From Chiloscyllium plagiosum (taxonomy: Eukaryota), in the NCBI RefSeq assembly GCF_004010195.1, contig NC_057720.1, positions 23,338,057 through 23,358,056 on the forward strand: a stretch of 20,000 nucleotides of DNA, written 5' to 3'. Positions 10,750 through 19,464 of the stretch are shown here, one piece after another; position 1 is the stretch's first letter, and each line of letters opens with the position of its first letter. Under the pieces are notes generated by a model. The model saw only the letters and a program-made list of their open reading frames with translations, made no database searches and had not been told where the DNA came from. A program made the position numbers and the translations under genes.

Positions 10750-10965
10750 GCTAAGACTGTGTGAGATTTTATTGGAAAAAATTATAGCACACAGAATTAG
10801 AAGTAATTTTGAAACATTGCTCTGTAATTGGTTGGAAAAGAAGTGACAAAGAATATGGGAAATGTATAAAGAGAATGTCCTGGTGTTCCCCTGGAGCCTT
10901 TCAATATAAAAAAATTGATTAGACTTCATTATTTCTTAGAGGACATTAGTTTTGAAGGATTGCAG
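10750..10965 (-). repeat. Right (derived) arm of the inverted duplication
   Basis: 216-bp reverse complement of 10098-10315, lying inside the PLE coding remnant immediately 5' of an HE1 SINE. Confidence 0.95.
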
Positions 10966-10977
10966 TTCATTACAGTT

Positions 10978-11303
10978 GGGGCGGCACGGTGGCACAGTGG
11001 TTAGCACTGCTGCCTCACAGCTCCAGAGACCCAGGTTCAATTCCCGCCTCAGGCGACTGACTGTGTGGAGTTTGCACGTTCTCCCCGTGTCTGCGTGGGT
11101 TTCCTCCGGGTGCTCCGGTTTCCTCCCACAGTCCAAAGATGTGCAGGTCAGGTGAATTGGCCATGCTAAATTGCCCGTAGGGTTAGGTAAGGGGTAAATG
11201 TAGGGGTATGGGTGGGTTGCGCTTCGGCGGGTCGGTGTGGACTTGTTGGGCTGAAGGGCCTGTTTCCACACTGTAATGTAATGTAATGTAATCTAATCTA
11301 ATC
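10978..11303 (+). mobile_element. HE1-type V-SINE, full length
   Basis: A and B boxes, V domain and a (tgtaa)n(tctaa)n tail. About 10 differences from the copy at 7147-7460. Confidence 0.95.
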
Positions 11304-11849
11304 AAAAAACACTACATTAGACAAACAGGCAGAAAACTAGCCATCAGGATACATGAACATCAAGTAGCCACAAAAAGACATGACCTACTCTCACTAGTAT
11401 CCTTACATACAGATGAGGAAGGACACCACTTTGACCGGGACAACACATCCATCTTAGGACAAGCCAAACAGAGACACACATGAGAATTCCTAGAAGCATA
11501 GCATTCCAACCAGAACTCTATTAACAAACACATTGACTCAGATCCCATTTACCACCCCCGAGAAAAAGAACTAGAAATGAAATCACAAAAGGAAATAACA
11601 TCACCACTGGAAATGACATTATCAACCAAAGGAAACCTAAACACCTAAATAGAAAGCAGGCCATACACCAAAGCTTCATATAGAGGCTCAATATTATTGT
11701 AATGAAACGTCTGAAAACAAACCTTCCAGCTCAGCAAACAAACCTACATCCAGAACCTCAAACTGAGCTACAAATCTTCTCAAAGCCTGCTAAAGCAACT
11801 GTCATTCACTCAGCAATATTTTGTAACTATACATATTAACACTAACTTC

Positions 11850-12047
11850 TAAGGTCCTGGGGAGTGTTGCTGAACAAAGAGACCTTGGAGTGCAGATTCA
11901 TAGTTCTTTGAAAGTGGTGTCACAGGTAGATAGGCTGGTGAAGAAGGCATTTGGTATGCTTGCCTTTATTGGTTAGTGCATTGAGTAGAGGAGTTGAGAG
12001 CTCATCTTGAGGCTGTACAGAACAGTGATGAGGGCACTTTTGGAATA
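11850..12047 (+). mobile_element. CR1/HER1-like LINE fragment (part 1; continues at 15419)
   Basis: Encodes KVLGSVAEQRDLGVQIHSSLKV...RALLEY. Breaks at TA 12046-12047 and resumes at 15417 (tactgtgagcagttc = YCEQF). Confidence 0.9.
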
Positions 12048-12327
12048 CAGAATTATTACCTCAATTATCCAGACGAGAGGGTGGGGAGTATTTTGTTCAG
12101 AGAACTGATTGTTCGAATAACTGATCTGATTGTAAACAAAGGAAGCCATACTGAACATAATTACGTAGTGTTTACAGAGTGTTTATTTCATCCAATCAAT
12201 AAAATGTGTACAAACACTGGATATTGCTTAAAATTTCATGATATGTTACAAATAAAATCACTTTTTGGCTGGAGTTTGACTGAAGTCTGTGAAATTTTTT
12301 GCTGACATTTTCCTCGATTGTATCCAG

Positions 12328-14583
12328 GTCATACAGTCATAGAGTCATCGAGATGTACAGCATGGAAACAGACCCTTCGGTCCACCTGTCCACACCAACC
12401 AGATATCCCAACCCAGTCTAGTCCCATCTGCCAGCACCCGGCCCATATCCCTCCAAACCCTTCCTATTCATATACCCATCCAAATGCCTCTTAAATGTTG
12501 CAATTATACCAGCCTCCACCACATCCTCTGGCAGTTCATTCCATACACATACCACCCTCTTCATGAAAAAGTTGCCCCTTAGGTCTCTTTTATATCTTTC
12601 CCCTCTCACCCTAAACCTATGCCCTCTAGTTCCGGTCTCCCCCACCCCAGGGAAAAGACTTTGCCTATTTATCCTATCCATGCCCCTCATAATTTTGTAA
12701 ACCTCTATAAGGTCACCCCTCAGCCTCCAACCTGTTCAGCCTCTCCCTATAGCTCAAATCCTCCAACCCTGGCAACATCCTTGTAAATCTTTTCTGAATC
12801 CTTTCAAGTTTCACAACATTTTTCCCATAGGAAGGAGATCAGAATTGCATGCAATATTCCAACAGTGGCCTAACCAATGTCCTGTACAACCGCAACATGA
12901 CCTCCCAACTCCTGTACTCAATACTCTGAGCAATAAAGCAAAGCATATCAAACGCCTTTTTCACTAGCCTATCTACCTGTGACTCTACTTTCAAGGAGCT
13001 ATGAACCTGCACTCCAAGGTCTCTTTGTTCAGCAACACTCCCTAGGACCTTATCATTAAGTGTATAAGTCCTGCTTAGATTTGCTTTCCCAAAATGCAGC
13101 ACCTCGCACTTGTCTGAATTAAACTCCATTTGCCACTTCTCAGCCCATTCGCCCATCTGGTCAAGATCCTGTTGTAATCTGAGGTAACCCTCTTCGCTGT
13201 CCACTACTCCTCCAATTTTGGTGTCATCTGCAAACTTACTAACTGTGCCTCTTATGCTCTAATCCAAATCATTTATGTAAATGACAAAAAGTAGAGGACC
13301 CAGCACCGATCCTTGTGGCACTCCACTGATCACAGGCCTCCAGTCTGAAAAACAACCCTCCACCACCACCCTCTGTCTTCTACCTTTGAGCCAGTTCTAT
13401 ATCCAAATGGCTAGTTCTCCCTGTATTCCATGAGATCTAACCTTGCTAATCAGTCTCCCATGGGGAGCCTTGTCGAACGCCTTACTGAAGTCCCTATATA
13501 TCACATCTACTGCTCTGCCCTCATTAATCTTCTTTGTTACTTCTTCAAAAAACTCAATCAAGTTTGTGAGACATGATTTCCCACACATAAAGCCGTATTG
13601 ACTATCCCTAATCAGTCCTTGCCTTTCCAAATACATGTATATCCTGTCCTTCAAGATTCCCTCCAACAACTTGCCCATCACCGAGGTCAGGCTCTCTGGT
13701 CTATAGTTCCCTGGCTTGTTTTTACCACCCTTCTTAAACAGTGGCACCACGTTTGCCAACCTCCAGTCTTTGGCACCTCTCCTGTGACTACTGATGATAA
13801 AAATAGCTCAGCAAGAGGCCCAGCAATCACTTCTCTAGCTTCCCACAGAGTTCTCGGGTACACCTGATCAGGTCCTGGGGATTTATCCACCTTTACCCGT
13901 TTCAAGACATCCAGCACTTCCTCCTCTGTAATCTGGACATTTTGCAAGATGTCATCATCTATTTCCCTACAGTCTATATCTTCCATATCCTTCTCCACAG
14001 TAAATACTGATGCAAAATATTCATTTTCTGTGGCTCCACACAAAGGCTGCCTTGTTCATCCTTGAGGGGCCCTATTCTCTCCCTAGTTTCCCTTTTTGTC
14101 CTTAATATATTTATAAAAACCCTTTGGATTCTCCTTAATTCTATTTGCCAATGCTATCTCATGTCCCCTTTTCGCCCTCCTGATTTCCCTCTTAAGTATA
14201 CTCCTACTTCCTTTATACTCTTCTAAGGATTCACTCGATCTATCCTGTCTATACCTGACATATGCTTCCTTCTTTTTCTTAACCAAACCTTCAATTTCTT
14301 TAGTCATCCAGCATTACCTATACCTACCAACCTTCCCTTTCACCCTGACAGGAATATACTTTCTCTGGATTCTCATTATCTCATTTCTGAAGGCTTCCCA
14401 TTTTCCAGCCGTCCCTTTACCTGCGAACACCTGCCTCCAATCAGCTTTCGAAAGTTCTTGCCTAATACCGTCAAAATTGGCCTTTTTCCAATTTAGAACT
14501 TCAACTTTTAGATCTGGTCTATCCTTTTCCATCATGATTTTAAAATGAATAGAATTATGGTTGCTGGCCCCAAAGTGCTCCTC
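12328..14583 (-). mobile_element. 5'-truncated CR1/HER1-like LINE (end of APE domain, RT, 3' UTR), frameshifted
   Basis: Minus-strand ORFs 14314-14535, 14083-14307, 13687-14043 (KSPGPDQVYPR), 13397-13759 (ANVVPLFKKG...NYRP...QYGF...KSCLTNL...DFSKAFDK), 12839-13204 and 12418-12690. Tail (gtcataga)n at 12328. Confidence 0.97.
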
Positions 14584-14677
14584 GACAGGTTCTCAACAGT
14601 ATCTTTCTGTTCGGTGTCATCCCACCGTCCAGACTAACCAAGTGTTGTCCCTCCCTCCTCAGCAATCACCGAGACCT

Positions 14678-14706
14678 TAGAGAGAGAGATAGATAGAGAG
14701 AGAGAG
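14678..14706. repeat. Imperfect (AG)n/(AGAT)n microsatellite
   Basis: agagagagagatagatagagagagagag. Confidence 0.85.
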
Positions 14707-15613
14707 TCAAAAAATACATGGAGAATATGAGAGAGAGGGAAGACTTTTTTGCTGACTTTAGTTTCCATCCTCTCATCAATTTTTTTGAGGGGGTAATGTT
14801 TTCCTTGTGTTTCCTCCCATCAAGTTTTTTTCCTGTTTATTTTCATGTGTGCTAACTCACTACAATTTGCTCTCCCCCATCAAAAAAAGTTAGTTTTAAT
14901 TTTCTTGTCAGCTGAAAGATATCGATCTATGTTTTTGTTTGGAAAGAAAGAGTCATCATGGGATAACAAGAGAAAAATGCAACCGAAATGAAACGTGAGA
15001 GAGCATTTTTTGATAACTTTCCAGAGAATGAGCTGAGAGAAAAAATTGTTGGGTTTGCAAAACAGAGCGAGTCAATGTTGAGAGGGAATCTCACTGTTTG
15101 GGCTCACACGTACGTTATTCTTGTGTGGTCACAATCACAAACCTTTGTCCTCAGGGAGAATACGTATTGGAGAGCTTTTTACAAAAAGTGTAAAACTTAA
15201 CTCTAACATCATGTCTCGAGTTTATGTTTGAAGTTAATTATTTATTAAAGTATACTTGCATCTCTATTCCTGTTCACATTTACAGAATGATGCATTAAAT
15301 AGATAAAGTATAGAACGTTCCTAATTCAGTTGAAATGCATGTATAGGGACCTTGAGATCTTGTTCAGATAATCCGAAATGCGGATAATTGATGTTCGGAT
15401 AACCAAGGTTGTCCTGTACTGTGAGCAGTTCTGCTCTCCCTACTACAGGAAGGATGTTGTGAAACTTGAAACAGTTCAGAAAAGATTTACAAGGATGTTG
15501 CCGGGTTAGAGGGTTTGAGCTATAGGGAGAGGCTGGAACTATTTTCCCTGGAGCATCAAAGGCTGATGGGTGACCTTATAGATGTTTATAAAATTATGAG
15601 GGGCATGGATAGG

Positions 15614-15751
15614 GCCTTTATTCCTGATGAAGGGCTTTTGCCCGAAACGTCGATTTTGCCTGTCCTCGGATGCTGCCTGAATTGCTGTGCTCTTCCAGCA
15701 CCACTGATCCAGAATCTGGTTTCCAGCATCTGCAGTCATTGTTTTTACCCC
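15614..15751 (+). mobile_element. Short Penelope-like 3' terminal insert containing a hammerhead motif
   Basis: Interrupts CR1 between gggcatggatagg and taaatagacaagg. Homologous to the reverse complement of 18912-19004. Confidence 0.85.
15620..15655 (+). ncRNA. Minimal type I hammerhead ribozyme motif, intact core
   Basis: AUUC-CUGAUGA-A-GGGC-UUUU-GCCC-GAAAC-GUC-GAUU. Stem III contains the palindrome ACGU. Predicted cleavage is after C15651. Confidence 0.8.
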
Positions 15752-16199
15752 TAAATAGACAAGGTCTTTTCCCCAGGGTGGGGGAGTCAAAAACCAGAGG
15801 GCATAAGTTTATGGTGAGAGGGGAAAGATATAAAAGGAACCTAAGGACAATGTTTTCGCACAGAGGGTGGTGGGTGTATGGAATGAGCTGTCAGAGGAAG
15901 TGGAGGCTGGTACAATTACAATATTTAAGAGGCATCTGGATGGGTATAGAAAGAGTTTAGAGGGATATGGGTCAAATGCTGGCAAATGGAACTAAATTTA
16001 TCTAGGATATCTGGTTGGCAGGGATGTGTTAGACTGAAGGGTCTATTTCCGTGCTATACATTCCTCTGATTATGTGTTGGACCATGGTGAAGGAAAGAAC
16101 AATTGCCAAACGCCTTCAGTCCGAGTGTGTGCAATTAAACTCAGATAGAACCTAAACCATTGTCCTTGATATTTGGAATAAGAAGACTTCATAAGTCTT

Positions 16200-17555
16200 C
16201 TTTTTTATTTCAAAATACACATATAAAATATAAAAACACACACATACATAATCACAAATGGAGTTTGGTTTTGTAGAGTAGCATAATGAAGGAAACAAAC
16301 AAACATTGGAGGTTGATTCGGTCCAAACAAACAAAAGCATCACTTACTTGAACCAGACTATATGCAGGAATGCAGGTACAACAGGTAGTGAAGAAGGCCA
16401 ATAGCATGCTGGCCTTCATAACAAGAGGAATTGAGTATAGAAGCAAAGAGGTGCTTCTGCAGCTGTACAGGGCCCTGGTGAGACCACACCTGGAGTACTG
16501 TGTGCAGTTCTGGTCTCCAAATTTGAGAAAAGACATTCTGGCTATTGAGGGAGTGCAGCGTAGGTTCACGAGGTCAATTCCTGGAATGGCAGGATTACCT
16601 TACACTGAAAGACTGAAGCAACTGGGCTTGTATACCCTTGAGTATCGAAGATTGAGAGGGGATCTGATTGAGACGTATAAGATTATGAAAGGATTGGACA
16701 CTCTGGCAGTAGGAAACATATTTCCACTGATGGGTGAGTGCCGAACCAGAGGACACAGCTTAAAAATACGGGGTAGACCATTTAGGACAGAGCTCAGGAG
16801 AAACTTCTTCACCCAGAGAGTGGTGGCTGTGTGGAATGCTCTGCCCCAGAGGGCAGTGGAGGCCGACTCTCTGAATTCATTTAAGAAGGAGTTGGATAGA
16901 GCTCTCAAAGATAGTGGAATCAAGGGTTATGGAGATAAGGCAGGAACAGGATTCTGATTAGGAATGATCAGCCATGATTATATTGAATGGTGGTGCAAGC
17001 TCGAAGGGCTGAATGGCCTACTCCTGCACCTATTGTCTATTGTCTATTGTCTATATTTACATGCACTTGAGGCTGGGAGGATTCTAAAACTGAATAGACC
17101 CTCATTTAACCTTAGCAGAAGGACCTCAGTCTTTCCCTCCTGCACCTTGGTAGCTGCTCACCAAGCTTTAGTGTGTCCCTCACCTTGGGCTATTCCAGTT
17201 TGCAACATTTGGTCAAGGTCAATCCCTTGCTCTGGAAGACCATCACGTTTTGGACAGACTAAAGACCACTTCTCATAGATTTTATGGTCTTCTTGGTACA
17301 GTTGATGTTTGTCTCAGGGGAACAGACCATAGAACGTGGAGTCCCATGACAAGGAGCTGCTTGAGTCAAAACCTTGACACTATCGCATCTCTCTTCAGAC
17401 TTCCTTTGCAAAGGCACATTCCAGAAGGAGATGTGTGACAGTCTCTATGTGCCCCACTACCACTTTGAGGGCAGCATGCAGTGGCGCAGAGAGACCGGAC
17501 ATACAAGAAGGATCTTATTGGAAAGCTCTGGAGATGAGACATTCTGTCAAAGTCT
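16200..17555 (-). mobile_element. Decayed Tx1-type L1-clade LINE 3' portion (zf-RVT region plus 3' UTR), interrupted by a CR1
   Basis: The minus strand at 17398-17445 reads ETVTHLLLECAFAKEV, preceded by SLCATACCPQSG and followed by FYGLFP...RDTLKLG. Support is firm for about 17130-17555. Extension to the ttttttatttcaaaata end at about 16200 is inferred. Confidence 0.75.
16364..17050 (+). mobile_element. Young 5'-truncated CR1 LINE of a second subfamily
   Basis: Uninterrupted ORF2 C-terminus at 16370-16957 (YRALVRPHLEYCVQFWSP...RRLRGDLIETYKI...RTRGHSLKI...FFTQRVVAVWNALP), 3' UTR and (ctattgt)3 tail. TSD ctatat at 16358-16363 and 17051-17056. Confidence 0.95.
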
Positions 17556-18911
17556 TCTTATAGTCGTAGTTTCAGGATCAAAATAAATTGTAAGCTACTG
17601 ACTGATGATTTAGATCCAAAGTCTCTTGTCTCCACTTAACTGCGGGCTGAATGTACACATAGCGTTTGGTTCTTTACAACGTTTAGTACAGAAAATGGGA
17701 AGATCAATGTAATGCTGATGTGATGTATAAATGACCCAGCACCCAGGTAAAACCCAACTGGAGAAGATGACTTTTTCTTTTCACATGTAGATGAGTTGGC
17801 TGTTACAGCAGCGGACACTAGTAAAACAACATAAATGACTCCATATTGGCAAGGGATATGACAATGTTGTAAATTGGTGACTGACACTAATACTGGACTT
17901 AGAAACTAAGAAATCATTTTTATGTGTAAAAATGAATTTTTACCCATTAAAGATTGTGTTATGTGAAGGACAAGACTTCTAATTCCTGAAAGGTACAGAT
18001 CTCAGTTTCTATATTATTTTTATGACTACCACTTGGAGATGAACTTGACAATGAGTCTGGTGAGAAACTATCTTTGGTGATCAAGGCTAGGTAAGAGCAT
18101 AGAAGACAAGAAACAGTATTGAGTATGTAGAAAAGAAGCTGTCATCAGTACTTTTGTAACCATGGAAATCGCCAGCTAGAATGTGAGACTGCAAATTGAT
18201 TTTACAGAAGTTTAAGTGCAACAACAATCTGTTGTGATAGATAACTACTTAAAGTGTGTTGAGGGGTTTACAATGAATTGAATAGAAACCAGCAGAACTC
18301 TCGATATTTTATGTAGTCTGTTGCTTGTAGATTTCCAGATGAAATTATGTCTGATAATGGAAGAAAAGAGTTTGAAAATTCATACGAATGACTGCAGCTA
18401 AAGACATCATATCCTGTTCAACTGAAATAGCAGAGTGTGCAGTACAAATTGTGCGAGGTGTTCTTGTTAAGAAACTCCTGGTTATAAATTGGAAACAATG
18501 TCGGTTGTCACTGAATCACAAGTTGGCCAATTTTTTTGCTTATTTATTGTAAAACATTCACAATACAACTGGCAGATGCCAGTTGGTTGGTTTCATGGAT
18601 GAGAGCGTAAAAGGTTTTCATTGTTGAAAGTGTATTTAGCACAAACAGTAGAAAAAAACAAACCAGGCAGAAAGAAAGTCAGAGATGGTTGAACTGAAAG
18701 ATTAAGGTGAAAGAACATCATTGTAAGTGGCTGAAGTGGCTAGTAAGATGATTTGTGAAAATATGTGATTCTCACATATATTTGGTGAAGATACTTGGTA
18801 GGTATGTACATATAGATCATGTCTTACCTTCAGAGGTTCATGATGAAGACAGGACATAGGAACAAGTGTAGTCAATGTTCCACTACTCAATTAGATCATA
18901 GCTGTTGGGAG

Positions 18912-19002
18912 ATGGAAATGTGTTGCTGGAAAAGCGCAGCAGGTCAGGCAGCATCTAGGGAACAGGAGAATCGACGTTTCGGGCATTAGCCCTTCTTCAG
19001 GA
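18912..19002 (-). mobile_element. 91-bp Penelope-derived hammerhead-containing insert with 14-bp TSD
   Basis: Perfect direct repeat atagctgttgggag at 18898-18911 and 19003-19016. The body is the hammerhead plus a PLE 3' tail. Confidence 0.9.
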
Positions 19003-19004
19003 AT
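18969..19004 (-). ncRNA. Minimal type I hammerhead ribozyme motif, intact core
   Basis: Minus strand reads AUUC-CUGAAGA-A-GGGC-UAAU-GCCC-GAAAC-GUC-GAUU. Confidence 0.8.
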
Positions 19005-19311
19005 AGCTGTTGGGAGGTCGTCAGGATGTGAAGAGTCAAATTTGAGTCTGATAAATTGCCTAGTTGGGGTACAGTGGAGTACTAATAATTAATCCCACAG
19101 AAGTACATGAAGCTAGTTCAGATCAGAGCGATTCAGACAGGCATGTCTGATACCATGGAAATTTCAAATGAAGATCAAGGTCAAAGCTCACCCTTATTGT
19201 CAAAACTGTCTTCTCCACACAGGCCCAAAAGGATCAAGAATTTCATCAAGTTTGAGGAAAGAAAAGTTTGGTTCAAGAGAGAAGGTATCTTTGTAGAAAC
19301 AGGAAACCAGT

Positions 19312-19350
19312 GATTAGATTACATTAGATTAGGTTAGATTAGATTCCCTA
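19312..19350 (-). repeat. (attag)n tract, probably the extreme 3' tail of an HE1/HER1 retroposon
   Basis: Its reverse complement is tagggaatctaatctaacctaatctaatgtaatctaatc, the same repeat unit as the HE1 tails. It interrupts the Gypsy pol end. Confidence 0.6.
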
Positions 19351-19464
19351 GATTAGACTTGTAAATAAAATGTAAAACAACAAAAACATACATTGGTAGT
19401 ATGGGATTTGCAAGTTGTGTATCTCTTTCAATAAAGAAGAACGAGTACAATACCTGTCTTTTAT

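Larger units (their letters stand above)
10708..11793 (+). mobile_element. Penelope-like element GIY-YIG endonuclease remnant plus pLTR, interrupted at 10743-11306
   Basis: 10708-10740 reads IYKIPCKNCNE. From 11307 it reads KHYIRQTGRKLAIRIHEHQVATKRHD...HHFDRDNTSILGQAKQRHT*EFLEA*HS...INKHID, a PLE GIY-YIG domain with two stops. Confidence 0.9.
12048..15416. mobile_element. pogo/Tigger-like (Tc1/mariner superfamily) non-autonomous DNA transposon, itself interrupted by a CR1
   Basis: TA at 12046-12047 and 15417-15418 flank CAG...CTG ends. Degenerate TIRs: cagaattattacctcaattatcc versus ggataaccaaggttgtcctg, with repeated ggataat/gaataac subterminal motifs. It precisely interrupts a CR1 reading frame. 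Its own sequence is about 12048-12327 plus 14584-15416, with no transposase seen. Confidence 0.75.
15419..16068 (+). mobile_element. CR1/HER1-like LINE 3' portion (part 2 of 11850-12047)
   Basis: Encodes RKDVVKLETVQKRFTRML, then SYRERLELFSLEHQRLMGDLIDVYKIMRGMDR...SKTRGHKFMVRGERYK, followed by the 3' UTR. Confidence 0.92.
17595..19364 (+). mobile_element. Decayed Gypsy/Ty3 pol remnant (RNase H end, integrase zinc finger and core, C-terminus)
   Basis: NADVM (17711); FSHVDELAVTA; DCVM*RTRLLIPE...HLEMNLTMSLVRNYLW*SRL (from 17952); FPDEIMSDNG (18332); IAECAVQ; HIDHVLP (18809); ERRYLCRNRKPV...RLDL* (19277-19364). Many stops and frameshifts. Confidence 0.85.

Noticed and set aside
10098..10965. DNA transposon or MITE with 216-bp TIRs
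   Set aside because: No TSD at the outer ends, the spacer contains part of an older PLE, and the right arm sits inside that PLE's coding frame. A templated inverted duplication fits better.
14988..15200. 70-aa ORF inside the DNA transposon
   Set aside because: No recognisable HTH or DDE motif; treated as a chance ORF.
16370..16957. Longest ORF (195 aa) as a host gene
   Set aside because: It is the C-terminal part of CR1 ORF2 in a 5'-truncated insertion with tail and TSD; it lacks the RT catalytic core.
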